Notes: generated from the letters alone by a model not told the origin. Positions 42,070 through 57,577 are shown, counted from the stretch's first letter. The stretch: DNA of 64,000 bases from Eledone cirrhosa (GCA_964016885.1 OZ024743.1:194928001-194992000); one strand, 5' to 3'. Numbers and translations are program-made.

Positions 42070-43080
42070 GTGTGGGTTTACCGAACATTTATTATAATGT
42101 TCGGTTTGTTTGTAGATAAACCAACAGCCCAAATTAGCCCTTACAGTGTTCAGGCAACCATAGTCGCCTTTTTGTTCAACACTGACAAATGAACGCTGTA
42201 CTAGTTTCAAGCATATTAGCTATCGTCAGAATCGTATACCTTCCTACCAGATGATTGAACGTCTGAAAGTATATACTTTCCTTATGCATATTAACGGCTG
42301 AGCAGCCTAATTTGCATATCTAGTGAGTTAGTCGGCTGGGCGCACCGGAAACGATAAATGTAAAAGAATGAAACGAAATTTCATTTCTCACTCTTAGTAC
42401 GGCTGATACTTAAAGATAAGTATGTATGTATACGTACATACATATATGTATACAGACGTACAGTAGTATGTATATATATACATACATGCACACGCACATA
42501 TATACATATATGTACGTATGGATTTACCGAACATTTATTATAATGTTCGGTTTGTCTGTAAACAAACAAACAGCCCGAATTACGCCGTACAGTGTTCAGG
42601 CAACCATCGTCTCCTTTTTGTTCAACACTGACAGATGGACGATGTACTTGTTTCAAGCTTATTAGCTCTCGTCAGCATCATATACCTTCCTGCGAGATGA
42701 TTTAACGTCTGAAAGTATATACTTTCCTTATCCATATTAAAGGCCGAGAAGCCTAATTTGCATATCTAGTGAGTTAGTCGGCTGGGCGCACCGAAATCGA
42801 TAAATGGAAAAGAATGAAACGAAATTTCATTTCTCACTCTTAGTACGGCTGATACTTAAAGGTAAGTATGTATGTATACGTACATACATATATGTATACA
42901 GACGTACATTAGTATGTATATATATATACATACATGCACACATATATATATATGTGCGTATGGGTTTACCGAACATTTATTATAATGTTCGATTTGTTTG
43001 TAAACAAACAAACATCCCGAATTACACCGTACAATGTTCAAGCAACCATCGTCTCCTTTTTATTTATAACTGACACAGGA

Positions 43081-43123
43081 ACGATGTACTAGTTTCAAGC
43101 TTATTAGCCCTCGTCAGCATCGT
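43081..43123 (-). ncRNA. Minimal type I hammerhead ribozyme (intact array copy)
   Basis: Minus strand: acgatg-CTGACGA-g ggct aata agct t-GAAA-ctag-TA-catcgt. Confidence 0.85.
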
Positions 43124-43520
43124 ATACCTTCCTGCCAGAATATTGAACGTCTGAAAGTATACCCTTTCCTCATGCATATTAAAGGCTGAGCAGCCTAATT
43201 TGCATATCGAGTGAGTTAGTCGGCCGGGCGCACCGAAATCGATAAATGGAAAAGAATGAAACGAAATTTCATTTCTCACTCTTAGTACGGCTGATACATA
43301 AATGTAAGTATGTATGTATACATACATATATGTATACAGACGTACAGTAATATGTATATATATACATACATGCACACATATATATATATGAACGTATGGA
43401 TTTACCGAACATTTATTATAATGTTCGATTTGTTTGTAAACAAACATACAGCCCGAATTACGCCGTACAGTGTTCAGGCAACCATCGTCCCCTTTTTATT
43501 CAACACTGACACAGGACCGA

Positions 43521-44043
43521 ATACCAACGTCTCTTCCACTTTACGCGCATATTCGGAGCAACAATAAAATACCAGGAATAACAACCCCAAAACTAGAACC
43601 GGTTGAGGAAACCACCCACTATAAACGGAAAAACTGCAACTGCACAAATCCCAGCAATTGTTCGCCATCGGGTTAATGCTTGTACAAAAATATCATTTAT
43701 CAATGTTACAAAATCTAAACTGGCAATATATAAATATGTGGGTTCCACTTTAAATATTTTCAAGAAAAGATAGTATGTGCATACCCACATGTTTAAAAAA
43801 CCCAATTTAGCTAGATCTAGGGCCCTGGTGAACCAAATCTGGACTCTGAAACGCACTAATATTGAATACACACTACAATAGTCCGTGGTAAAATGTATCC
43901 GTTCATACCGGACTGAAAGACGACCCTGTGAACTATGTTTGGCTGAGGTAATTAAAATAGCGACCAGAAAGGATCTTCTAAATTCTCGGCATGATAGGAC
44001 ATTTAATTGCAAACACAAGGTTCTAAAAACCTTCGCTAAATAA
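43521..44043 (+). pseudogene. Degenerate PLE linker + GIY-YIG endonuclease remnant
   Basis: RKNCNCTNPSNC, then after frameshift YKYVGSTLNIFKKR..QIWTLK..RPCELCLAEVIKI..LLNSR..FNCKH. Contains stops and frameshifts. Confidence 0.82.
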
Positions 44044-44460
44044 AAACTGGACTAGAAAAAGCTTCGATCCCTAATACCGACATTCTATTCAGGATATTTC
44101 CTGTGGCATTAGAACTTTTCACACCTACACAAAGAATTCAATAATATTCAAAACAACCCCATTTTCTTCATTCCTTTCCTCCTTACTCACTATAGCCTAC
44201 TCTTAATATCTACCTTATCTTTAGTCCTTCTCTACCACCATATATGGTAAACATCAAAACCCTAGCTAATAATAATGGTCAATGAATAATTGTTCCACAT
44301 CTCAGCAGACGGATTGATAATGTGAAATTCTTTCCGGCCACTCCCTCTCCCCTTTACTGATTGTATTTCAGGCTAATTTTAATTCATTTACATTTTCTTA
44401 AACGAAAATCTCATTACTGTATTATTACTCGTAGTGAATAGTTTAATTCCACTACTATAT

Positions 44461-44570
44461 GCTTTCTGATGAAGTGTAATAAATAATTAACTATAGCATA
44501 TGATTGAACAATATATATAGTAGTCAGCATATGTAGACAATGTATAATAGAGACAGAAACATGTCAAAGC
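44461..44570 (+). ncRNA. Hammerhead motif with ~83-nt helix II region, in PLE 3' region
   Basis: gcttt-CTGATGA-...-GAAA-catg-TC-aaagc. Helix I 5 bp, palindromic loop III, weak helix II base. Confidence 0.62.
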
Positions 44571-47500
44571 AAATGAATTCATAATCTCCTCACGCCGGAG
44601 TTTTATGTTTCCTGGTGAAATACTTGCTTATATTGATATACTCCGTGATTCTGGCCCTATTTGCCATATTCGCCTGCTTGTATATTTTGAAGTTCTTGAT
44701 ACTACTTATTTAGACCAATGTGTACTGCAGCGTTTAAAATAATATCCCGCACGGAAAGTCATTCGATAAATATTCCGACGGTATGATGATTTCAATAGCT
44801 GTAAATCCAATTTCTGTATCTCTATCACTTTTACAATTCAGATTTTTCAAACCACATGTTCTAATCGATTACAATGTTAACGGAGTTTGCGCAAAACACC
44901 GTTCACTTATCACTTTTCTAATGAGAGGGACAAGTCTTTTTAAAAAAGGTTTTATAATGTGTATAAAGTATATAAAGTATTACCGGTTTCGATGTAGTAT
45001 TAACATTCATCTTATCAAATGTTGAGTATTGAAATAAAAATTAAAAAGAATTAATAGGAGTTAAAAACTAAAAATTAAAGATTTAAAATTAAAATCAAAT
45101 GTTGGAGTAAGTTTTCTTCCATCTTTCTTGCTCAAAACGTGGCTGGAGAATGAGTTCTTGGTGGTAGTGAAGATAGCAGCTGTGTTTCTTCACAGAACAA
45201 AGATTTCTTTTTTTAAACATCCTGTAATTATGTGTTTGTATATCTGAATGTGTTAATTGGCTGGTCAAGAATTCAAAAGGGGGTGGAGAATTGTAAGCTA
45301 GAGGTAAGTTCTATGGCAGCAGCAGGAGCAACGGTATCAAATGTACATTTCATTCCATCTAGAGCATTGCATAGCCCATTGACATGTTAGAATTATTTGT
45401 AATTTTTCCATACATCAGCCAATACTTCTACAATAGCTTTAGATTCCATTGGATAACAAACAATAGATTGTTCATTATTATAACAGTTTTGATCATAGAT
45501 CTTTCTAAATAGGGCCGATCTGCTGTTTAACAACAAATATTTTCCATTATATTGTACAATCAATAATATCACAATCCCTGCCCCCATCCAATTCATGTCT
45601 TAGGACAAAGTGAATTATATTTTTTTTTTTCAAATATATGGAAAATACATTGTTTTAGATTGCATTAAAGTTTAGCAAAGGTTCGATAGGACTTGAATAA
45701 TTTAAATATTGGTTTGTTTTGCTAGATAAAACAAAGCATCTATTTTGGTATCAAATGAAACTTGTTTTGTTCGTGTTTTTCTCAGGGATAATAGATGAGC
45801 AAATGAAATCAATTCGCTTCCGTCAAGTTTTGAAACAGAAATTGATTGCACTATAGCACTTCAACACTTTCATGTATTAAATTATAAAGCTGGAAGTTTA
45901 CTAGAAGCTTTAGTTAGCAATCAATATTTTATCTGTCCCAAACTAGCAGTTGTCGTATATTCTCCGGCAAGATTTGAACGAGAAGACATATGCTCAGTCA
46001 CTCAAGCTTTGACCATTCTCCGTTTTATTGAAACGCAATGTTAATCGCGTTATTTTGTAAAGAATGTTGGATGTGATCTGTGAGAAAATTGGCTGCTATG
46101 TTTAATCTGTTAAACTACACTGTGGAGATCTTGTCATCGAGAGTTATTTTTAAAAAAATGCATTTTCTTTTGCTTATCAGTTGGTGAGATAGAGAAGAGC
46201 AATACTCGTTACCCCGTATATTCTAATGGTCGCAACCTGGAAGGGGTATATTTTCCTTATGTCTGTAAGCTCTTTTGATCTCTTGAAGTTGAGTGAATTC
46301 CGCTAAAGGCGCCCACAGATCAAATATTGGGGTTAAACCGGGTCGACTGTTAATATACAGCACCGGTGTAGATACCGCAAGGCATTTCCTCGGGCAGGAT
46401 ACCAATACCACCAATCGAAAACGTCTAGCTGGTATTTAATTTTCTAGCATGAAAAATGGCCCATGGTGTGGTTTTTTCTCTGGATGCAGTGAGCCGGAAT
46501 GAATAAGGCAAATTATATTGTCATGCGCAATAACGTCTCTGCCAATTCATCGACTCACTTTTTATATTCTTTTATATTCTGAATAAATATTCTGCTAGAG
46601 TCAGCGATAAACTATCCGGGATATACATTCTTCGATTAAATATTTGTAAATTGAGTTCAATTAACCATACAACGACTGTAAATTATTTGTATTTTACTTC
46701 ACCAAGTATATAATATGTCTACGTCACTCGAAAAATCACTTTATTATATGAATTGAAGACTGAGAAAATCATGAACATCACTACATATCGTTATAAATTT
46801 ATGAAATCAATAAACACACGCTTTAACTGACGTTTAATATGAATTATTTCGTAAATGTTATTGTGTTGCATGAAGCTTCAGTTGTGTAAATAGCTAGTAA
46901 CATATCTGAAATGTGAGATGAGACTGTATAGAGAAATCCTATGAATTGAAGAGTGGGCAAACATGATATTAGTTCACCAGTAGGTCTTCATTCTGCGTGT
47001 AAATATTTGTGTTTGTTCCTTATCCGTTTACTTAAAGTCGATAAGTTGATATGTGTATATACTCTTGAATATATACACATTTAGCACCTTCGGTTATATT
47101 GAGTAGGCGTGATAAATTTCTCTTTGTCGGCTTTGCCTAAGGAGGTAGGAATCATTCAAGCAAACTCTGCCTGACTTTAATCACTTGTGTACTTTACACA
47201 ACACAACAAAGTGATGCTAGGAAACGTATTTGTTGAAGATATAGCCAGTAAATTCCTGACCGGACATCTGCTTGCTGAATGAACTTCAATGAATTCCTTT
47301 GCAAACAAAAACACAATAACGATTGAAATAAAAATCTTACCCGCTGTGGTTAATCTGAGAACAAACAAACCACTGGCAGTGGACTCGAGAATTGTTTCTA
47401 AATATACTTCCAGCAGTTTATGAACCCGCTTTATTTAACTGAAATATAGAATAACTATATTGGGTTGTTTACAATCTATTCCCAAAATAGATATTTTTTT

Positions 47501-48569
47501 ATGAAGCTGTGTAAACGCAGATACTTATTAATAGAAGAAACTAGGAAATGCAAATTTCTTAACCCTCAGTTTAAACTGAAAAAACAATCCATGATATTTA
47601 ACTACCTCAATTAAAATCCTTCAAGTTATATTAACAATTTCAAATAAGGAAGCAAGAGCACCCCATAAAAACATTACACAATGAAGTTGCTTTATCGAAT
47701 GGTTCAGTTACACAGATGTGTCATATTCACCCAATAGAGTAGTGTTTCTAACTATTTGGACTTTCCAATATAATAATACAAATATGAGCTACATGTTACA
47801 ACAGAAATATACAATATTTGATGCAGAATTGTGAGTAATTATATCAGGTATAAACCCGGCTAAAGAAATACTACGGGATATCTACTGCTATTTATCTAAC
47901 CTAAAAATATTTCAATCAAGAAAAAGGTGTGGATAAACGAATTGAGTTTTCTCTTAGAAATAGATATATATATATATCAGAAAATATTAAAAAAGTAGCA
48001 ATGGTTAGGATAATAGGTGTTAGAGGAAACAGAAGAAATCAGGCGAATTACCACTAAAAGAGAGCACAAAGAGAATAATAGATACATTCTAAATATAACA
48101 CAATTTAAATCATTCAGCAAAACATAATTCCTCAAGGGTGGGAGGATTTGAGGAAGGACCTAGAGATAGGCTTTCCAATTTAGATCCAGGATTAATTTAG
48201 CCAGATCTGTCAATGTTTAAAACATATCGAACACTGTAAGATTTCGTTTGCTTCGAAATCTTCCTCAATCTATACGTACATTATCAATGAGGGTTCGTAT
48301 AAAAGCACTTCCTCCTCCTTGTGGAGCATATCCAGAAACTTTATTGCATTATTTTTCCCAACGTAAAATCTAGCTGTCTGAGGGCGTGGAGATGTTAAAA
48401 CTTTAAGGGAATAAGACGATAGGTGGTCACCTATCTACCGACCATAAAATAGGTATTCTAACACATGTCGTCTAAGAAAAGATTCAACATAAAAAATGAA
48501 CTGCCCTATGACTGCCCAACCCCTCATGGGTCAATGAACTGCCCTATGACTGGCCAACCCCTCATGGGT

Positions 48570-48907
48570 CAAACTTTGTAATGGCGAGGGGGCTTTTGTG
48601 TCCCATAAATCCAAGAGAGCGTTACTGTTTGGAGCTCTGCTCCTGTTAGGGCCACCCCAGGGAGGCCGGTCTCCCGGACAGGCTCCAGGCCAACAGTGCC
48701 TCACGGCGTGTTGGACCGCCGCCCAGAAGAACACCAATATGTTCCGCAACCGACCTGATGAAACACGAATGTCCAACATGGGAGCAGACCCTTGGCTGAC
48801 CCCACATCCACCAACGAGAGATTGATTTTTTACTCTACTCACGATGATGCTCCTTGGATCGCCGGCTGACGATGACCCCGGCCTCGTCGAGCAAGAAGAA
48901 GAAGAAT
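48570..48907 (+). mobile_element. Short RTE-related non-autonomous element (5'UTR-like head + GAA tail)
   Basis: GC-rich head (gagggggcttttgtgtccc...gttagggccaccc) recalls RTE 5' UTRs from memory. Ends gaagaagaagaa. Confidence 0.45.
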
Positions 48908-51748
48908 GGCTGTCAATACTTTACAAAGTTTTCTTATTTTTGTCTCTTTGGCGTTTTTTCTCACTCTTCATTCACTCTCTCTATCTCCCATCGACCTTCC
49001 TCTCTATCTATCTCTTGTTATGCTTTTTTAATTATAAATGGTAGTAGATACCTTTCTTGGTCAGTCATGGTTTTTCATGGATGTTTAAATTGTTTAAATA
49101 AATAAATATATTTTTGTGGGCAGTTGATTTTTCCTGAGGCAATGCCATAAATATATTTTAGTAAATTGAAAGGCAAAATGCTGTAAAGTACTGCCACGCC
49201 CGGGAGTCAGTACACCGTCTATTTCATTCGGTCGTTCGGTAAATATTTCCCCAAGATATAGCTTACTGTTTCTTTTCCTGTCTTCTCAGAATTAAGATCT
49301 ATTTTTAAGATAAATCTTTAAAGTACTTTTAGGATCAATAGTGAATAGAAAATTTCAAAATAAAAATATTTCGTGTATAAATGTACATATGATTATATTA
49401 AATATATTTGTATTGTAACAATGTCAAACTATCCACCACAGCTAAAATCATACGAGTATTGAAGTTGGTAGACATGTTTCTTAATGATAAATTGGCTTTC
49501 ATTCATCAGTCAGGATCAGATCTACAATACGTATCTTCCAATACATTTTGATGAAGTGCATTAGGTACCGATAACGCTTTCTAATATAATCACAAAGTCA
49601 TCAGTTTTTGAGAAGAGGTTGAAGTCGATTAAATCGATCCCAGTACTTGATCGTACGTTCCTGGCTGATAAGACCGCAAAGAAATATTGCAGAATATTTT
49701 GGCCGACGGATTACCGACTTCGCCAGTCCACAATCTTTATATTGGGTAATGATAATGAGATAATTGTCTATTCGTAGAGAAATTGTGGGTGTACAAACAA
49801 TTACAATGAGAAATTGTGTTAAAAGAGTTTTAATTCTAGAGAGGAATAATATATAGTAGGGATGATAAGAACTGAAGATATAAAGGAATCGAGTTTTTAT
49901 TGTGGTTGGCAGTTGACGGTATTGTTCTATTACGAGGGTGACTCAAAGTTGACATTGTTTTCCGTATTTAGTTTCTTAACACATGTCTCCGTATAAGGGA
50001 ACATTTTATTCCACTGATTAATCATACATCCCAATCTCTGAAGCATGATGCATAGCGGGTAGGGTGTTGGATTCACGAGCAGAACGTGATGGGTTTAATT
50101 CTTGAACTGAGCAGCGTGTCGCAATTGTGAGTATGACCCCCAATGTTACGTTGCTTTTCACACGTGACTGGAGTTCCTATCATTAAAAACCCCGAAAACC
50201 TCCTATGAGACGCAACCTCGTAAGAGTTCAGCTAAACCATCGTAAATGTTAGTACGAAATTTCATTTAGTGTTTTCTTTCAATCTCGGAGCAGGATAACG
50301 TTCAGGCACATATTTTGTCTGTGCTTTCATCGTCTCAGCTATATTTTGCATTGTTTTCCCCCATCAGGTTCCTTTGCTTTTATTATATAAATTGGTAATG
50401 GGTCATAAATCAATTATATTTCAAACATAGGGAGAATAATTCCATATATCCGCCTTTTCTATAAATATGCAATCATGTTCCCATGAAATAAATCAATAAT
50501 TTATCAATATTATAAAATAATTATCGAACCATCTATCATATCATCGCATATAATAAACCATCAGGCAATCTATGTTTATTTTCCACGTGATAGTTAGATA
50601 GACGTTATTTTGCTGGCAAATTCGGATAAAATTTGTAACCTAGTTATTTGGAGAGCATGACATTAAAATTATTCATTCAAGCTCAATAAATTCTGTATAT
50701 TTTTACGTTTTTAATTTAAAATAATTTTAGTGTGATTTCATCCGTATAGTCAAATATGGATATACCTACACAAAAATGATTTTAGCAATATATTTATTTA
50801 ATTTTCTGTTTAATATTTTATTGCCATATTTTTAGTGATCGTAACAAGCGAATAATGTGCGATCAATATTCAAAGCTTGTTTCCATTATGTCAGCTTACT
50901 ACCTTTTGTATTAATCAATTCAGGTATGCTGGGTATCATATCCGCAAGGATAAAACTGTGAAAGAAAAACAAAAAACAAGCAAACGAACAAACAATAACA
51001 TTGTAACATCTTCCGATTGCAAGTAGTTTGTTCGCGCATGGTTTAGTCTTCATTTGTCCTTGAAATAAGTTGCTTTGTGGCGAAACTAAACTCTCTTGAG
51101 TTTTTCTGTTTATAACCATCATAAAATGGATTTATACATCATTTCTATATAGCAGAAAGATGTTGTTTTTTTTATGCAAATAGTGAAGCGTTTTCCGGCT
51201 GTCGGCGCTCTGAGTTCAAATCCTCTCGAAATCGACATTTTCCTTCAATCCTTTCCAAGCAAACAAAATAAAGTACTAGTCTATAGCAGTGGATAAGGGG
51301 AATTCTTGAAACGACAGTATTTATCACTCGGTTTCAGATTCCTCACATGGCTTATTTAGCGAAGTCTGCTAGACATCCAGGTTAAGCATATTTCACCCTC
51401 TCTGAGTACTATCCACATGTACCTAACTACACTTAAAAAAAAGAAAAAAAAACGAATAGTGGGGAATCATTTTAAGACATATCTGATTTGTACTAATTTT
51501 TCTTATAATTTATATATATGCTTTAATCATTATATTTGAGAACTTTTTAAGTAATAAAATATTTCTTTGTATAGATATTCCATTTCATTCACATAATATT
51601 CCTCTACCTACATATAAATAGTAGTCGCAATTGTATATAAATCTTTAGAAATTGCATGAATATAGAGATGGGCATTCTCACAATACGTACATAAATTCTC
51701 ATGTTATCTTAATGAAATTTCCACTGTTATGAATACAAAAAAAGCAAA

Positions 51749-51822
<74 letters not shown>

Positions 51823-52854
51823 GGGAGGGTGTATATCATTCTTAATTTTGAGTTTTCTCCAGAAAGACATTTCTCAATCTAATAAAAATAACTTTTTTCT
51901 ATTAGAATATGCTCATATTAAAAGTAAAGTTATCTTGTGATATGTTGCACACACCCCTGTGTCTAAATAGGGAAAGAAGTCCTCGGCACCACTCTAAAGC
52001 AGTTACTTTCCACGCAGAATATATGCGAATATCCCGTCACGAGCAAAATAGGATAAACCAAATCTCCAATAATTGAAATTTCCTATATCCTTTAAATCAA
52101 TTTGACTATACAATCCCACATGATATTTTACAATATCTTTTTTACTAGACTGTTCTTAAAAGAAACATATCCTGAAATTGAATATGGTGATATATGGGCA
52201 GATTTTGGTTTTGTTCGGCAACCATTGAGACACATCTATTATAATCTTCTCTGACATGTCAGTGTTATAGATGACCAACACAGGAGTTTATTCTCTCACC
52301 AAATTGTTTGTAAAGAATTCTATCTTGATAACGTTTTCTATGCTATCTAGAAATTGTTTTTATAGATATATTATTTTATATAATTGACTGCTTTCCAGTC
52401 ACTCTGGTGTTAGATTACGTAACGCAATGAACTTTCACACGTCTAACCGTGTCATGCTTTTCTTAGTCTATTTTCTACCAGAAACAAATCCGTAACAGTT
52501 TTGTATATTATAGTGTATGCCACAATTCTTATGATTGTATTATACATTGTAATCCCATGTAATAATCAGTAGCAAGTAACAAGTCTTCGATTCCTTTTTA
52601 ATTTATTGAGAAAAAAAATAACAGTAATACAAAGAAATTCAAACCATACCTTCTACTCTGCTAGTACATAATATCTACCCGAGTTTGATCAAAATGCTAC
52701 AAATATAGAATGTTATAATGACCTTAGTGTGCCAACATAATTTTGATATTTCCATTGATATTCTACGAGCAGATTGGAACATAAAAATAGAGTGTGTAAC
52801 GAACAAGATTGTTTAAAGCACAATATTGTTAATAAACGTATAATATATACTACA

Positions 52855-52990
52855 GGGAATGAATTGGAAGGTTTGTATGGACGATGGATGGAATGTTTTC
52901 CGGCTTTCGTTCTGTCACTCTGGACTTTGAGTTCAAATCCCGCCGAGGTCAACTTTGCCTTTCATTATTTCGAGGACAGTACAAAAAATA
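52855..52990 (+). mobile_element. Degraded SINE family 1 copy
   Basis: gagttcaaatcccgccgaggtcaactttgcctttcat. Other degraded copies at ~49575-49735 (-), ~51180-51295 (+) and ~63440-63580 (-). Confidence 0.7.
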
Positions 52991-53365
52991 CTAGCTCGTT
53001 AACTTCGTCTTCCATATGTCTTCCTCACTCTTCCTGTATCACTCTCTCACTCTCTCCTTCTAAGGACGAAATTGATTGTACTCAGGAATGGCTAGTGATG
53101 GGTTCTGCCTTTTTCAGAATTCCCCCTAAGCGCCGTATGTCACTAGGGTGCCCTTACATTTCTACCATGAATCACAGGTCGATATACACAATATATATAA
53201 TACGGTTATAAAGGTAAAGTGAATAAACAAAATTATAGAAAAAAACATTTAGATTTAATAAAAGGAACGATCGAAATTGACTAAAAGCATATCGAAAACT
53301 ATATAAGAATATTTGTTGACCCTCCCAAAGTATAACAATATATATATATATATATATATATATCT

Positions 53366-53418
<53 letters not shown>

Positions 53419-53455
53419 TGTGTGTCTGTGTGTGTCTGTGTGTGTGTGTGTGTGT

Positions 53456-53510
<55 letters not shown>

Positions 53511-54825
53511 GATTCTGTACGTATCTGTTTTAAAGTGTACATTACTTAGCGATATAGCTTAGCATTCGTAATTACTATTTCATTTAACTGAACAGTTCCA
53601 TTTTCCTTCGAAACAAGTCCTGTTACTTAAATACATTGAGCTAATACTAATTGATGTTCCTCTTATCCCTATCTCATACTAATATAATTAGGTCCGAATT
53701 AGAAATAAATCTAGAGATAGAGCAAGAATCACATTCCCAATCTGCCTGATATAATTTGAAATCATTTCACGAAATTGTCAAGCGTATACATTGAGTGGTT
53801 TGTGGAAAATTGAATCTATACCTGCATATTTGCCAAGACTCCTTCATAACCTTGAATTAAAACGGTGACTAATATGTTGTATGAATTCAGAAACTTTGTC
53901 TACCTGCGCAACTAACTTGATAATGTAGTCCTTCAGAGTTGCACATTCTTAAAATTAAGGAGCTGCTATTTGATCCACAAATCTGGATGATACGGATTGA
54001 CCTTGGGCTAAACAAAAACAACACTGATGTAAGTTATAGAATATGGAGTCAGAACATTTTTCTTTGCGTTTTTGTTTATATTTGTGATTCTTGTGATTCT
54101 TTAAATCTAAGTTAACTCTGATAGAAATTATTATGATCAAAGTTGTTCTAGTCGTGAAATTCCAATATTTTTATATCTACAGTATCTAACGCGTTCATCT
54201 GTTATAAAAACAGTAACTTTATGAGACGGCGGCGATTTGTTTGTTATGTCTAGCAAGTTAAGTTACGTTTACTCCTTTCTTAGCTTTGAAACAATAACTG
54301 AGCAATACATTTTTTATGTACGTTTTAGCAATTGCTCATTGTAAGTCCCCAAGCCTATTGTTAATATTTCTATAGGCAATATATTACTCTAATATATGTC
54401 TAAAAAAACTATAAGTGTTAGAGGGAGAAAGAAGTAGAGAAACGGGAAAATGGAGGGAGGAATAAATAGAGAGAAATAGATAATTCTAAATGCGGGTATG
54501 CATTTAATCTTCATACTATTATTTTAGCTATGTTCCGTTAAATGATGATTAGATTATCACATTTCCTTTATATGTTTCTATACTAAATCACTGGAACGTT
54601 TTGCCAAATACTAATTATGGCGATGTTGTATAACAAAGATAGAGATAGTCATGTGATTAATTAACAATGAGTTTGCATATATTTTAATTTTGTTTTGATC
54701 TTTTTAATTATTTGAATTTTTTAAACAAGCAAACCAAAACATATGTACTCACACAATATATAAACAGATACACGCACACATAAACTCATGTGTATTCTTA
54801 CATACACACACCATCATACACACTA

Positions 54826-54898
<73 letters not shown>

Positions 54899-55720
54899 TC
54901 TGTGTGTGTATGCATGTATATATATATATATGTATATGTATATATATACGCACACGCGTATATACATATACTCAAATACACGCACACAAATACACATACT
55001 CTCATGTGCGCACACATGCACGGTCACACACATGTGCATATACATAGAAATACTGTCTTGTCTATGATTAGCAAGAGTATCGATTCTGGTTCCAGATCAA
55101 CTTTTCAGATATGATGTTTACAACTCTTTCTTTTATTTATGTTATAATCACATCGATTGTTCATTAGTTTTTGAATATTTGAACTACAAAAGTTGATTTT
55201 ATAATAAATAATACGAACTTTGATCATATGGTCGAGTGTTTGTATTAAAAAGAAAGCTGAAACAATTTTAATAATGGCATTTACTTGCAAATATTAAACA
55301 ATGAGTTACTAATTTAAAATGGCGACACTGTAATAAAACTGAGCCAAACAAATATTCTGATTCATCGACCAACACTGATATTGGGCATTCGCGTCGAGTG
55401 TAGCAGATGAATAGGAAATTAGTTTTCTAGTCTTAATTAACTTGAATTGTAATTTGGCGAATTTATCTGATACCTGATCAAAATATCTCAATCACCAGTA
55501 AAATCTATCTCTGAATATATTACCTTCTATATACATAGACACACATACCCCCCCCACATACACACACTACCCCACACACATACGCACGCACACACACACA
55601 CACACACACGCCCGCACACACACACATACACACACTCACGCACGCACACACACACATATATATATACGTATATGTATATATATATATATATATATACATA
55701 TATATGTTTGTATATATATA

Positions 55721-55784
<64 letters not shown>

Positions 55785-55793
55785 GTATGTTTG

Positions 55794-55827
<34 letters not shown>

Positions 55828-55841
55828 CATATGTATGTTTG

Positions 55842-56870
<1,029 letters not shown>

Positions 56871-56913
56871 AATTTAGAAATAAAAAGAAAAAGAAAAAAA
56901 GAAATATATTAAG

Positions 56914-56972
<59 letters not shown>

Positions 56973-57006
56973 AAGTAAAATATAAAATATACATCGATAT
57001 ACATAC

Positions 57007-57061
<55 letters not shown>

Positions 57062-57278
57062 TACGTATATATACATACATATACATATACATATACAAAA
57101 ACACATACATACACATACATATACATACACACACCATATAAATACACATACACATACACACACGCATACATATAGAGACACATACATATACACATATAAA
57201 TACATAGACATATACACATATCCACACATATATATATAAAAACATACACACATACATATATATATATATACATTCACA

Positions 57279-57330
<52 letters not shown>

Positions 57331-57383
57331 CTACACACATATATAAACACACTCATGTATATACACACACACACATACATACC

Positions 57384-57423
<40 letters not shown>

Positions 57424-57426
57424 CAC

Positions 57427-57509
<83 letters not shown>

Positions 57510-57577
57510 CACACATACATACACACATATACACATACAGATATACAAAGATATATATACATACACACACACATATA

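Larger units (their letters stand above)
39218..43520 (-). repeat. Tandem array of ~10 units (414-496 bp), each with a minimal hammerhead: candidate non-LTR retrozyme
   Basis: HHR sites start at + coordinates 39543, 39967, 40389, 40885, 41323, 41737, 42193, 42639 and 43081. Unit length varies mainly through an internal (TA)n. Confidence 0.92.

Noticed and set aside
39099-43567. Repeated short ORFs (MKLVHRSCVSVEQ..., [13 protein letters not shown]...) in the tandem array
   Set aside because: Frames and lengths change between units with the microsatellite length. The conserved features are RNA or DNA motifs, not codons.
47160-47400. LTTAGKIF resembling a LINE RT motif
   Set aside because: A single weak motif with no neighbouring RT motifs.
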